This document shows positions 1 to 12,752 of a stretch of 64,000 nt of DNA, one piece after another (positions within the stretch are counted from its first letter, which is position 1; each line of letters begins with the position of its first letter). Under the pieces are notes generated by a model. That model was not told the origin of the DNA, searched no databases, and saw only the letters and a list, made by a program, of their open reading frames with translations. This DNA comes from Eremomyces bilateralis CBS 781.70. Lineage: Eukaryota. The stretch is from NCBI GenBank assembly GCA_010015585.1, contig ML975149.1. One strand, written 5' to 3'. The position numbers and the translations under genes are program-made.

Positions 1-2
1 GC

Positions 3-275
3 GGCTTCTACGGCAACGCTCTCCAAGCCGCCTCATCAGAAGGTCATCAAGAGATTGTCGCACTGCTCTTAGACAAGGGAGCAGATGTTAATGCCTAGGG
101 CGGCGAGTACGGCAACGCTCTCCAAGCCGCCTCATCAGAAGGCCATCAAGAGATTGTCGCACTGTTCTTAGAGAACGGAACAGATGTCAATGAAAGAAAT
201 GGCTCTATGGCTCCAAGCATCCCGGCGAAGAAATCACTCCTCATGCACCCTGAGCCTTCTGATCAAACTCAATAA
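3..275 (+). pseudogene. 3' end of an ankyrin-repeat gene (NLR-type ANK tail) with an in-frame stop
   Basis: Frame from nt 3 reads GFYGNALQAASSEGHQEIVALLLDKGADVNA*GGEYGNALQAASSEGHQEIVALFLENGTDVN. There are two near-identical 99-bp (33-aa) units, with an in-frame TAG at 96-98 where Q (CAG) is expected. The gene begins upstream of the window. Confidence 0.85.
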
Positions 276-744
276 TCGTTGAGCTCTACTACGGTGTCCA
301 CCTTTTGCCCAGCTTTAAACCTCGTTACTCTTACCACTTCGCAGATTCTAGGCGTGACTAGTTAAAGTCATGGCAACCTGGGCTGCGGTTTCTATTATGA
401 TATTTCAATATCCTTATCTAGTCATAGGGTCTGGGGAGAGCGACTATTCTATATATCTCTGTTTTGCCACTGACGGTATACTTGGATTGGGGTATATCGA
501 GTTATGGTCCCAGGCCTGCGGCCTATTCCCTTGGTTGTGGCTGAAGACGTGGCTGGTGGATTATATCAGAGAAGCAAACAAACATGGTAACACAGCATTA
601 GGGCATTGGAGAGGAGAGTCGCTATCTCGCGCACAAAGGTGCCGGGAGGTTCCTTCTCTCTCTCTCTCTCTCTTCAGTTTAGATTAATGGAACTTGGTAA
701 TCGCAGACCTTGCGCATCCAGACCGTGTCATGGAAGGGTGGTTA

Positions 745-1561
745 TTAATAATAAGAATCAATTTAACGTACTATCTGGATCCCTTTCGGGTCTATGAGCA
801 CGGCATTCTATCTGGTCTGTCGCGGGCAAAAGTTTCCCCGTAGCCATGAGGCTGCGGGTACGTAAAATCCCGCCTCCTCCTCTTAGTAGAGTATCTCAAT
901 CCTTTTCTTCTTTCCGCACGAGTCGGTGTTTCCGCCTACGCGGAGAGCTTATTCTAGCACGTCGTGGAGGAGCTGGAACGGTTTCCAGTCCTCTATTCCC
1001 TCCCTCTCAACTTCCTTGGCTACCCGGTATTGCTCTAGGCCTCCCGCATCGATCAGCCACCTTGCTGCGTGGCGCACCTTGTCCCTGTCATGCAATATCC
1101 TCTTAAAGTTCGTTGTTCCAGCTCGTTGGAGGAGCGTAATCCTCTGGTCGGTCCGCTGCGGGCAAAAAGCAAGGAGATAGTGGAGAGACTGTCGGGGGGA
1201 ACCGCACTCACATGCTGGGTGGATTCCAGGGACACCAATTTTCGCGAGCCATCCCTTAATTCCAACTATCTCAGTCCGGAGTGCCATAAGCGCCGAGGCC
1301 TCGTGTTTCTGAAGGCCATCGAATCGGTTAAGGCACTGGGTTTCCCACGGGTCCTTCCATGTCCTTGCTCTCCTTCCTGGTCTAGCCGCTTCGGCTTGCC
1401 ATCTTTCCCTCCATTTCGCCCGATACTCATCCTGGATCATCCGGTATGGGCCTTTTCGCTGTTGTGTCTGATATCCCCTAGCTGGTTCGGGCCGGGGGAA
1501 CAGAAGTCTGTCATACAGAGCCCGGAGCGTATATATTGCGGGTTCATGTTTAGATCGGACA
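745..1561 (-). mobile_element. 5'-truncated non-LTR retrotransposon (Tad1-like LINE), 3' end of ORF2 plus 3'UTR
   Basis: ORF 949-1440 carries the C-terminal Cys/His motif CECGSPRQSLHYLLAFCP typical of fungal LINE ORF2. Positions 890-1561 are nearly identical to 53311-53880. The 3'UTR has a small CCC-GAAA-GGG stem-loop (778-792) and a TTA-rich tail near 745; the 3' boundary is approximate. Confidence 0.8.
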
Positions 1562-1731
1562 GGACATTATATTGTGTTTGTACACAATCGCAGGTTTCAC
1601 CAGTCTGCCTATCCAGACTCCTGCCACAGTTTTCTGAGCTGTGCCATCTGCACTTCGCTCGTCCACAGTCGCCCCCGAACCAAAAGGGTCTCTGCCTGTG
1701 TAACGCCTGTTTGCTCCTTAAGCATACATCA

Positions 1732-2588
1732 NNNNNNNNNNNNNNNNNNNNNNNNNNNNNNNNNNNNNNNNNNNNNNNNNNNNNNNNNNNNNNNNNNNNN
1801 NNNNNNNNNNNNNNNNNNNNNNNNNNNNNNNNNNNNNNNNNNNNNNNNNNNNNNNNNNNNNNNNNNNNNNNNNNNNNNNNNNNNNNNNNNNNNNNNNNNN
1901 NNNNNNNNNNNNNNNNNNNNNNNNNNNNNNNNNNNNNNNNNNNNNNNNNNNNNNNNNNNNNNNNNNNNNNNNNNNNNNNNNNNNNNNNNNNNNNNNNNNN
2001 NNNNNNNNNNNNNNNNNNNNNNNNNNNNNNNNNNNNNNNNNNNNNNNNNNNNNNNNNNNNNNNNNNNNNNNNNNNNNNNNNNNNNNNNNNNNNNNNNNNN
2101 NNNNNNNNNNNNNNNNNNNNNNNNNNNNNNNNNNNNNNNNNNNNNNNNNNNNNNNNNNNNNNNNNNNNNNNNNNNNNNNNNNNNNNNNNNNNNNNNNNNN
2201 NNNNNNNNNNNNNNNNNNNNNNNNNNNNNNNNNNNNNNNNNNNNNNNNNNNNNNNNNNNNNNNNNNNNNNNNNNNNNNNNNNNNNNNNNNNNNNNNNNNN
2301 NNNNNNNNNNNNNNNNNNNNNNNNNNNNNNNNNNNNNNNNNNNNNNNNNNNNNNNNNNNNNNNNNNNNNNNNNNNNNNNNNNNNNNNNNNNNNNNNNNNN
2401 NNNNNNNNNNNNNNNNNNNNNNNNNNNNNNNNNNNNNNNNNNNNNNNNNNNNNNNNNNNNNNNNNNNNNNNNNNNNNNNNNNNNNNNNNNNNNNNNNNNN
2501 NNNNNNNNNNNNNNNNNNNNNNNNNNNNNNNNNNNNNNNNNNNNNNNNNNNNNNNNNNNNNNNNNNNNNNNNNNNNNNNNNNNNNNNN
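1732..2588. other. Assembly gap (N run)
   Basis: Run of N; ORFs spanning it are artefacts. Confidence 1.
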
Positions 2589-5007
2589 ATGGCGATACCA
2601 CGCTCAACGCTTGCGACCTGCACGCGTAACGCGTGCGTCTCTTTCATCGCCACTGCACTTAGCCATCGATAGAGAACTCTTCCCCATCAATGTTTCCACC
2701 CGCAGGGTGGTTATTATGGGAATCCAGCCGGGAAATGGAGGTGCATGGAAATAGATTTATCACTATAGATCATTCGACCTACGACTTACAGTATTATATT
2801 TTTTCTAAATATTGATTGAGTTGGGGTTTTGGGGGCAGGTTTCTTAAGTAGGAAATGGAATCGGTGATAGATGGCTCTGGATGGTTCTAGAAGAGTTGTC
2901 TCATTCTCCACCACGCAGGAGTGGGGGGTCGTCTTACGCCTACACGCTAGATTGAATCACACTGTCCAACTTAGCTCGCTCTTTGCTTTAGGACTCAATC
3001 ATTCTGAGGTGAAGCTCGTGATATTTCATTGGAAAGCCATATACTACGATTGCGATGTACCGAATCCCAATCTAACTGAAACGAGATCCTCAGCCGCTCA
3101 AGATAAGCAGTAAGTTAGCCTATAACTTCTCTCTACAAAAGTGTACCTGGAGGTTTGGAACCGGAGTTTATCGTTCGTCAAGTCAGCAACCCACCGATCA
3201 GCAACCAAAGCCAAGTAAGATATCAAAACAAGGCTTCTTCCAGGGCGGCTAAGAGCGGTTCTGGATTCTGCACGCAGGGGAATCCACTGTGCTCCTGAAG
3301 TAAGTTAGGCTTCACCAGCCACAGATCATAGACTGGGCAATGATACTAGTTGACAACTAAAATAAATTTCATTACTGACTGTGTACGACCAAATAGTTAT
3401 ACGTTACTCGAATAAGCATACTGCACTAACCAGGATTGTCCATCGTTTCGACTGGAAGTACCTACCTGCATGCCGAACTTGAGCAATCTTGCACGGCACG
3501 GCACGGCACACACATCGTTCATGATGATTTATAAATATGCTCATGTAACCGTACGGCATGGATAATGATATTTAACTGGTTTTACAGGCAATTAGATTAT
3601 GATGGTGATGCTGTAATTGAGGATGTCTGGATTGAGGATAAGACATGCTGTTGAGAAATCAGGCGAGAACATAACCACGCACATGTATTTTTCCAGTTTG
3701 AATTTGTCAGCATGTTCAGAAATGGCTATGGAGAGCGATTCATTTGAATTCATCGAACTCTAATTGCGTATGTCTGCTGTGGATTGCGTTGAACTCGAAG
3801 TACCTAGGAAATTGCCCGTCAGACAGGGATGCCCGCCACGCAGGGAGGGGGGTTAGTATCCCCATGCCGAAAAACAATTTGTCGAAGAGTCCGAACCCGG
3901 TTGGTACGTGGGAGCCGACCACCCAGGAGTCACTGCAAACGATAGAAGATAAGATCATGCTGGTATTTAATGTTCTTTCGTATTAGACAGGCCTTAACTA
4001 ACTCTTGCAGTACCGAGCATAACTCTTTATCTAGTGTCGTTGCAAGTATGGATATTCGTTCTTCGATCGTTTTCTCGATAGGAGATGGTTATACAGAGGC
4101 AGAATTCTGGTATAGGGAGGTTTCACGCTGATGGGCGCGACCTCGCCGGCGCTTTACTCGCATGGAGGCAGATCAGGAGATTGATCCTCGGCTTGATGAT
4201 TCGAGAGCAGTTTTAAAACTCTAGTTACAGAATGAACAGTTAGAAATTTGATATTTAAAAGCCTTAGGACTGTTTAATAAACCCTTATCTATATTTCATC
4301 AACTTCTGGAGCCCGCTCAATTTCCCCGTATGATGTTTTTCGCCATCTCGTCATTTTTCCCAAATCTCATCATCTGGCGTCCATACAAATTTTGCAAGAG
4401 TTTCTTAGACGGTATGGATACCCAAGACAATAGTTTTCACGTGACTAGTTTTTACGCTAAACATGGGTTTAATCTGGTTACGGTTTAGACTAACCGGGGT
4501 CATGGCATGGGTAACGTCTGAGCCCAAGCTGAGATAACCTTACCCTGATTTTTTGCTCTCCAGTCCGTGTCATCCGGGTCCATGGCGATCTCGACCACTG
4601 GAGCCATTCCGGACTTGGTGGATAGGGCATCGGAATGATTCCGAGGATGTCAAGTAGAGAACAGTGATGCTCGAGTAGTATGAGATGTCTACTTACGAGA
4701 CAAGGTCAACTTCGGAAATGCGGTTGCTTTGTTCCCAACAGAATATTGGCGATAAATTCCTTGTTTGTTTGGGAGCGTTTGCTTGCAGTGAAGTTGAACA
4801 GCGCCTGGCTGGCCAGATCAATGAGTGACTTGATGCCTTAATTCCTTAAGTCCCAAGTTGATGCCTGATGATAGCTCCCGTCCCCTCCTCCCGTCTGGTG
4901 TCCCAGTCGCTGCCCCGTCACAGGATTTTCTCCAGGATTTTCTCACGCCGGGTTTTTTATTTCCGCCCAATGGTTTATTCGAAAATGAGCAAAAGTTTTC
5001 CATCCAA

Positions 5008-5090
5008 TCCCGGTTGGTGTAGTGGTAACATCTGAGCTTGTCATCAGACAAGGTTCGCTCGAGCCCGGGGTTCAATTCCCCGACCGGGAG
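5008..5090 (+). tRNA. tRNA-Asp(GTC) with 12-nt intron
   Basis: Acceptor stem TCCCGGT/ACCGGGA plus discriminator G, D-arm GTGT/ACAT, anticodon stem TGAGC/GCTCG, anticodon GTC at 5040-5042, intron 5044-5055 after position 37, T-loop GTTCAATTC, and a T-rich Pol III terminator at 5093-5102. Confidence 0.95.
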
Positions 5091-6410
5091 CGTTTCTTTT
5101 TTGGCTATTTTGGGGAGGTGGATGGGGAATAGGAGGGGGTTCTTTTTTGTGCAATGTGCAGACGGTGTTAGTCACTCGTGGGTGACTGGTGTGAACCGTG
5201 AAGATGAGGTGGAATTTGTCGATCGGATGGACCGTGGGCTTTCATTGTTCATGTTTTTTTGCCCTGAACATCATCTGATGAATTTCTGGATATCAAAATT
5301 ACTGATCTTCGCAGATCCTCTCCTCTTTGCGGTTGTGAGATGTCAATCCAAATGAGATTACCTGACGTCTCCGTCCGGATTCACATCAGCCGTCCAGCGA
5401 ACTCGCTCCGTTCAATACCAGACACCGAGCTCCGATCATGGGCGTACAGCCTCGGGAGAAACATCCCTCTCCTCTTGCCCAATGCTTGCTATCACAATCA
5501 ATAGACGTGTCACAGGGACGAGAATGCATAATTGTCCGGAAGGCAATCAACCTACTCATCCATCCACTCGCCCACTGTGTCGAGGCAAATGCTAAATGCT
5601 CGAGACATTTGTCGACGGAGATGGTAGAGTGGGGGGTCTAACATGTCCGCGGTTTCTTTATTTCCTTTCGCCTGGATCGGGTCTTTGGTTGGATTATCCT
5701 CTGGCATTGCATGTGTCTTGTTCGCTGGCGTGCTTTGAATCCTTTCATCACCTCCGATCAAGTCCATCATATGCTTCCATGCCCTCGACTATTTATCGAG
5801 GCTACGATCCATCGACCTAACAGACGTCGAACGGCGCTGTCAGATGATTTCACGAGACAAAGAACCCACGGAGTCTAACGTGATGTAACCATTATTGCTT
5901 CGATAAAAGGTGTCGACTAAAAACACACATGAACGCTATCATATCCTCCATTTTCTCCCGTTTTCCGTGTTGCTCCCACAATCCCTCCTCCGATGACCAC
6001 CCAAGCTGTCCACCAAAAATGAGAAAACAAGAAAAGAAAATGACCCCTGAGGGTGGGTAATCTATGCCAGATCCGCATATTATGCGGGGCTCGCGCCCCC
6101 CTTGGTTCTGCGGTCGCAGAAGTCTAGAATGTCGTCCGTGTAATGTATAGTCCGTTCGTCCAGTTGGAAATGCTGAGGAAAAAACCGACATGATAAGCCG
6201 CGCGTGGTGACGGAAAGAATCAAGAGCCGGGAAGGGGAAAGGGAAGAGAAGGACAGTGAGGTGAAGAGAAGGATATGAAAGAGAAGATCGGCCCGGAAGA
6301 TGAATCTATGGTGAGTAACAGTGCTGGAATGGCGAAGACGTTTAAACATCCACCAACTTCGATACGTTCCTCGGAAACGAACCCGGCCGACAAGCGTGTC
6401 ACCGCTCAAC

Positions 6411-8224
6411 TTATGGCCCTCCGTCGGCCGCCATCATCCACTTCTCAAACTCGCTCCCCCCATCCTGCGCCGGTCCCAACCCATGATCCGGCTCCCAATC
6501 TTCCAAGCTAAACCTCTCCCCCATCTTATTCTCCCCCATCTCCAGCTTCGACGGCTGTGCCCACTGCCCCGCTCCGTCCAACTGTGCCATCAACGCCGGG
6601 TCGAGCTGCGGCTCCTGCAGATGGCCTTGGTGAGGCTGGAGTCCGTGGCTGGAGGGCAGCGACGCCGCGACGTTCGACTGCACGGGGGTTCCGGAGCCGG
6701 AGTGCACGTTGAAGAGCTGCTGTTGCGCGGCGTTGGGGATGCCCACGATGGCGCTGGGGGAGCGAGAATGGGGTGGTTGCTGCTGCGGTGGTGGGAGGCC
6801 TGGTTGCTGTGACTGTATGGGCATCGGCGCGAGCTGCGGATGGTGAGGATGCTGTTGCGCCGGTTGAGGAGTCTGCATCATGGCGGGGTGATGCACACGA
6901 TGGAGCATGACGTCTTCTACTCCGGGAGTGCCGCCGCCGTACGGGTGCACCGATGTTTGGTGGTAGTACGGCCCGTATGTGCTGGTGAGGGGGCCGGGAT
7001 TGCGGATCGCAGCCGGGGGAGGCTTGCCGGCGTTGGTGGCTTCCCAGCTACTGAGTTGGAGGCCAGAGTACATCCGATTCTGGAGTTCCTGCACCTGGGC
7101 CGGATCAGGAGCGATGACTGCGTGGCCCGAGTGTACGGACGGGGAGAATTGACGGCGCTTGGAACCGCGAGTCCCTCGACGACCGTGGGGACTCCAAGCG
7201 CCATCAGGATCGTCGAAGTCGGTGACGCCGTCGAAGTCCTCTTCGGCGTCGGACACGGAAGTTCCTTTTCGCTTCTTGTTCACGCCGGCTTTGGAGGGGG
7301 AGAACTTGTAGTTGGGGTGCGCGTTCTGGTGGTTGACCCGCTCGATTCGCGCCCATTCGTTGTATTGTTCGCGAATTTCCGGAGGCTCCAGAGGCCAGGA
7401 CTCGCCGCTGATCGAGGAGACGACCTGGTGATTGTTTTGCGTGCACCATTCTTTGGTGCGGTCGGCGAAGGCGCTGCGGTAAAGCATGAAGGAGTTCATG
7501 GGCCTCGCGACGTAACCTTTTCGCTTGGCCACCTCGGCTCGTCGTTCTTCAATCGAACGGTTCACCCACGCTTCGATATCGCGAAGGGGGAGATGTGCCA
7601 TATGCTTTGTTAGTTCGCTGAGAGGTTCCGTGAGGCGCGGGGTCTTGCGTTTTTCGCCCTTGGCCTTGGTCTTCCGGGAGCGAGGCGCGGGAGACGACTT
7701 GGTGGTACCGGCATCTCCATGAGGCGAGGAGGATGGAAAGCTGTGTACGGTCCCGGATCGGATATGATGGCTTCCGATCTCGCTATTGGTGGTGGAATGC
7801 GGTGTGGGGGGAGTGTTCTGTAGGCCATGAGGGAACTTTGGAAGGTTAGACTGATCACGAAACAGGCTGCGTCAATGCTTACTGGCGATGCGGTGTAGGA
7901 GTGGTGGCCATCATAAAAACCATGGTCTCCATGACCGTAGTTCTCGATCGAAATACCCAGTCCGACATCGTGGCCGTCATACTGTCCGTCATATGGATGC
8001 GGAAGATAGGACTCTGCAGTTGACTGTCCATACATAGGAACCTGGTGCCCGGCGTCTCCATTGTTCATATCGAACGCATACTGATGGTTGGCATTGTGCT
8101 CAATAATATGATGCAGATCGTAGTCCTGATGCGCGGATGGTGGCGTCGGTGGATGGGGGTGCGACATGGTCACTGTGCTGAGCATTTTCTCGGACGATAC
8201 CGAGCCTCTTTTCCCGGTGCTCAT
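6411..8224 (-). CDS. MATA/SOX-type HMG-box transcription factor (2 exons)
   Basis: HMG box RPMNSFMLYRSAFADRTKEWCTQNNHQVVSSISGESWPLEPPEIREQYNEWARIERVNHQNAHPNYKFSP. A 47-nt GT-AG intron at 7836-7882 (CTAAC branch) joins ORF 7610-8224 in frame to ORF 6411-7601. The start ATG is uncertain (several in-frame Met). Confidence 0.9.
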
Positions 8225-11148
8225 GAACTAATTCAAAGGCGGAGACAGTGGACTTAGATGCGCTCTTTCAAATGGGTCAAAGTCCGAGAAAGCCAAGAAA
8301 AGACTTGACGAACTTGTTGACGAACTTGTTGAGCCTCTTTTGGATCAAAGCCGTAAAGGATTGAGTCTGGTCACTGACCCCAGGCCAGGAGGAACCTTTG
8401 CTTTAAAGGGTTTCAAAGTGCTGCTTGGGTATCTTAGATGGTCTCTGGTGGTCTGATAGAGCGCTACCCTGGAAACGGTCAGAACTGGATCGATTGCAGG
8501 TACATCGCAGGAGTAAAGATGTTGGTCAACTTGAGCGGATTTAACTCTAGTAAACATGTTTTGCAGGTGGAACAGTTTGTGATTCTACCTCATTCTCATG
8601 CATGTTCAAGCAATTGTGAGATGCGCAAGAAGAGACTCTTTACAACGAACCTGTCCCGGGTACTTGCACGATTTGCTCTGACAACTCCACAGCAACGGCA
8701 GCGCGCTCCTCTGGATCAGTCAAGCTCACTCCTCTATGCAACCCTTCCTCTCATGCCCGCCACAGTCACGAGTGTCTTAGAATTACGCGTCGTTGTTTCA
8801 ACACGATGAAAAGAAGCGGTTTGGTACTATTCTCCTTTGTTGGGTCGGGGGCAAAGTATCAACGAAAACTTTGGTGAAGGCAAAGCAAGAGAAAGGGAAG
8901 AGGGAGAAGTAATATGAGCTTCCTTTGTCTGAGAACGGAAGACTTCATTGACAAGTATTTGTAGGAAAACAACCCGACGCAAGAGCGAAGTCGACCGGCT
9001 TGTGACCAAAATGATCGCATCCCTCTGATTTGACTGAAGACGGCCGCCATCTACGCAGTGGGCCGCATTCGTGGTGGTTTCGGTCACTTTCCGCATTAGG
9101 AATGATTGTGGCTGTTTTTCGGTGGACGCCTCCTCGCGGAAGTGCTACAGTGGGAGACAGTCCTCCAGGTGCTTGCTCGTACTATCGCAGTCTTCGCATC
9201 ATTTGCGCGGACCGACGCGTTGCAGATCTTCCAACTTGACGAAACGCTAGAGCCAAGGGTATATCGGAGCTAGGGAAGGGAGCGGAGGATATCCAATGGA
9301 GTTCACCAATATGGTGGGACTCTACCATCTCGCGTCGGCCTGTGGCAATGCCACTAATCTCCTTAGGATGCGGTCATGGCGTCATCAGAGTCCGTTGGGT
9401 CGGTCCGTTCCCATGAATCCACTTGAGCGACAGATCTGAAATATCCGGTCGTTAATATTTGGACGGAGCCGCCATGAGATATGCTGTGATGCTCCCATGA
9501 TCCTGCTACCGTCGAGCATCCCGAAATGGAAAGGTTCTGGAGTGTACTTGTGGTTGCACAATGCCGCTTTCGAGGATCTGATGTGCATTCCTCAGGGACC
9601 ACACCCATCACCCAAAAAATGGAATGGTGCGTACCAAATCGTGGCCGGGCCAGGTCACCCTGATTCTTACTTTTTGCTGCGTGCGGATGGGAAGCGCCTC
9701 GCCGTTTCAATGAGATCATCCGAACTTAGTGCCGGGGAGCTTGTGCGCCGTCTTCCCTGTTGACGGAGAGTTTTCCAGGTCGGAGGTCCGGACCATGTGC
9801 ATAGCGCGACTTACAGCGGTTAGCCGCATGACATGGCCGTCCTTGGGTTGGTGGGAGAGGTGGAGATGGCGTCGGATTGGCTTGGTGTCAACCTGACGCT
9901 CGGGGTCTCACACAGATATCATGGCTTGATGTGGGTGTGCAGCATCTTTTAGTTCACCGTGTACTAGGTGGGTGATGATCTGCCGACCAACCTTAACGGT
10001 TATCAACAAATGATAGGAAAGCTTGGAGGGGACTTGGCCGTTCAGATCCTACATGCAGTGTTTGCCGGATGCTTCAAACCACTTACCGTGATAGTAATTT
10101 GGAAATCATCGGATCTAGGTACTTGTCTCAGATGTCGTTGGCCTGCATGTCACTTTCGGTACCATCCTCCATATTGGTGAACACCAGAGCCGCAGAAGTG
10201 TTTCAACCTGAGCGAGACAAGGGTTCGGATAGATGCTGATAGATTAGCTAGGTGTACCACTTGGCAGATCTCAGCATCTCCCAAGGGGCAAGCGTGGATC
10301 ATGGCAACGAGGCGTGCGATTTGCAACCGATCAACTCAGGCCTCAGGGAGAATGTCCCGGTCGACGGCAGGAGGGGCAAATACGGGTCCATGCCAGCGAT
10401 TCTAAATGTGGTTTGGAGCGAGAGACTGCGAGATACTCTCGGTTGCTTCCGGAGAATGTTGCGCGACCCGGGAAACGGAGACTGGGGCGTTGGTGTAACC
10501 TCCCGCATTCCCATTTCGGAATATGGAAGAAGTGGATTGGCAGCGGAAAACAGTGGGGAATTTGCAATTTGCAGGTTCTTCTTCTGCTTGGTTTCGTCCT
10601 GTAAACGCAGTCTCCCATTCCCATGATGGAAATCGTATCGGAAAGATGCATTCGACCAGGATACGGGGAATTCCGCTTGATTTCAGCCATTTCCTCGCTC
10701 TTGTTGGTTCTCGGCCCATTCCAGACCGTAGAAAGACAGGATCGTGTTGGGTGTTCCGGATCCGTTCCCCCCTAAACTCGTATGTCATTCCAAGTATGAA
10801 TCGGACAAGTGATGCAATGGCCTCGACTCCGCAAGCCATGCGTACGATAGCGCGGTTGTACGAAACTACAATAGGGATGGGAAATGGAGAACGAGATGGA
10901 GGACAAGCAGTTATGGTACGATGTATATTGCAGAATCCGATCTGTACCAGGGGTCCCTTGGGGGGATGGCGTTACATTGAAGTCCGAATAATTGACTGGT
11001 CCCAGACTATTGTATATAATGGGGAGAAATAATTTGAAATGAAGCCATTCGGTTGTACATGACATGCCCTCCGCATAATCCCCGGATCATGCTCCTCAGT
11101 TCTCCATCATCCCTGCGCCGTTTGAAGTTTCGCATGGAGAAATATAGA

Positions 11149-11193
11149 TGCCTCAGGCAGTCAGGAAAATGTTGATATAGTGCGCCTCAGGCA
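11149..11193. promoter_or_regulatory. Two copies of palindromic GCCTCAGGC(A) upstream of RRP42
   Basis: TGCCTCAGGCA at 11149-11159 and GCCTCAGGCA at 11184-11193, about 250-290 bp before the ATG. Confidence 0.35.
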
Positions 11194-11437
11194 ACAGGGC
11201 AAATATGTATGGCCAGCTAAAACGATGTTCTGATTGGCTGGACGAAATCATACCCCTGCACTTCATGTTTTCTTTGGAATGGAGATGCGTCTCCATTTTT
11301 AAGCTTTAGATATCGGTTCAGTTATCACGACGACTGAAGTACTAATGCGATTAATGCCGGCCACCTGCTTCTTGACTCCTGATATCCGGTCTCTAAAAAT
11401 GAGAAGATGATCCAATAATCACCCGCTCGTGTCCAAT

Positions 11438-12577
11438 ATGCCAACTCAAGCCTCCATTAACGCCCAGGCCCAGGTCTTCCTCTCCCCCGCCGAGCTCTCG
11501 TATCTGCATTCCTCGCTCACGCTGAACCCGGCCATTCGACCCGACGGCCGCTCCTCCACCCAATTCCGACCGCTGGTTGCGGAAGCCGACATCCTCTCGA
11601 ACGCCAATGGCAGCGCGCGCGTCTGCTTCGCCGACGGCACCGAGGCGGTAGCCGGGGTCAAGATCGAGGTCGAGAAGACGCAGGATGCGTGGAAAGCGGC
11701 GGACGCGGCGCTAGACGTGGACGATGGGGAGGAGTACGAGGAGGGCAGAGGCTCTAGGCGAAAAGCCGATCTGAGCGAGGATGTGTGGGTGGAGACGCAC
11801 GTTGAGATCCCGGGATATCGAGAGGACGATGCGCTGCCGGTGTTCCTCGCTGGGATTCTGACGGAGGCGCTGCTCGCCAGCGGAGAACTGAAGCAGAGAC
11901 TGTTCATCAACCGGAGGTTTCATTGGAAGCTCTACGTCGATATCCTCCTTCTCTCGCAGCCACTGTCGTATCCCCTTCCGCTGCTCTCACTTACCACACA
12001 CCTAGCCCTCCTGTCCGCGCGGGTCCCGCTGTTGATATCGCAGGGCGAGGAGGATCCCCTGTTCAGCGACGACTGGGCGGCGGCGACGTTGCTGTACCCG
12101 CGAACTGGCGCGGTGGCCGGAGACAAGCCGCCGATCACCCTGCTTGTGGTCACGATTGGGGAGAACATCATCTTCGACCCGAGTAAAGACGAGCTCGCCG
12201 TCGCGGAGTCCGTCGTGGCCGTATCATTAGACGAACCATCGATATCACCAGCCGCCCGGTCTGGAAAACAGAAAGCAAACCCACAATCGCGACGGAATCT
12301 ACGGCTTCTGTCATTACGCACCATCGACCCGCCATCACATCTCACATCGTCCGGCGTTCCCACTTCGCTCGGCATGGAGACCGGCGCCGACGATTTCGGC
12401 ACAGCGGCAACCAGTTCGGAAGCGATTGTCGCGCGGGAGGGACTCGATCGCGGAGAGGTGTGGAGTCCACCGCGGGGCGGGTTGAAGCGGAATATGGTCG
12501 TGAAAATCATCAAAGAGTGCACTTCCGAGGAGGGGGTGGGGCAGGAGGTCATTCGTGCGCTGGCGGCGGTGGGGTGA
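11438..12577 (+). CDS. RRP42: Exosome complex RNase PH-like subunit Rrp42
   Basis: Intronless ORF with LSPAELSYL...IRPDGRSSTQFRPL...NGSARV...GVKIEV and WKLYVDILLLS..SYPLPLLS, characteristic of fungal Rrp42. ATG at 11438. Confidence 0.88.
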   Translation: MPTQASINAQAQVFLSPAELSYLHSSLTLNPAIRPDGRSSTQFRPLVAEADILSNANGSARVCFADGTEAVAGVKIEVEKTQDAWKAADAALDVDDGEEYEEGRGSRRKADLSEDVWVETHVEIPGYREDDALPVFLAGILTEALLASGELKQRLFINRRFHWKLYVDILLLSQPLSYPLPLLSLTTHLALLSARVPLLISQGEEDPLFSDDWAAATLLYPRTGAVAGDKPPITLLVVTIGENIIFDPSKDELAVAESVVAVSLDEPSISPAARSGKQKANPQSRRNLRLLSLRTIDPPSHLTSSGVPTSLGMETGADDFGTAATSSEAIVAREGLDRGEVWSPPRGGLKRNMVVKIIKECTSEEGVGQEVIRALAAVG

Positions 12578-12752
12578 ACAGTTAGACGAACGAGGTGAAG
12601 CCCAACTGCAGAAAAAACGTCGACTGGACTTAAAACAGAACTTCATGTACCTATATACATGTCGGAGCCGAGCACATCGCTCTCCACCAACTGAAGCAAC
12701 GCCGCTGCAAACCACCTGCGCGCAAACAACCAACCAACCAACCACGAATCCC

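Noticed and set aside
655..673. (CT)n tract as the LINE tail
   Set aside because: No target-site duplication found. The stem-loop plus TTA-rich tract near 745-790 is a more plausible end, so it is treated as a plain microsatellite.
1069..2754. Long ORFs spanning 1.0-2.7 kb
   Set aside because: Artefacts of the N gap and of antisense LINE sequence.
5552..5770. 72-aa minus-strand ORF near the tRNA
   Set aside because: No domain similarity or clear splice structure.
6411..8224. HMG-box gene as mating-type MAT1-2-1
   Set aside because: No APN2/SLA2 neighbours, no intron within the HMG box, and the protein is larger with an RPMNSFMLYR-type box. It is better read as a non-MAT HMG factor.
8225..11430. 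Multiple overlapping 100-170-aa ORFs upstream of the HMG gene
   Set aside because: No recognisable motifs or codon pattern; consistent with a long TF promoter/5'UTR.
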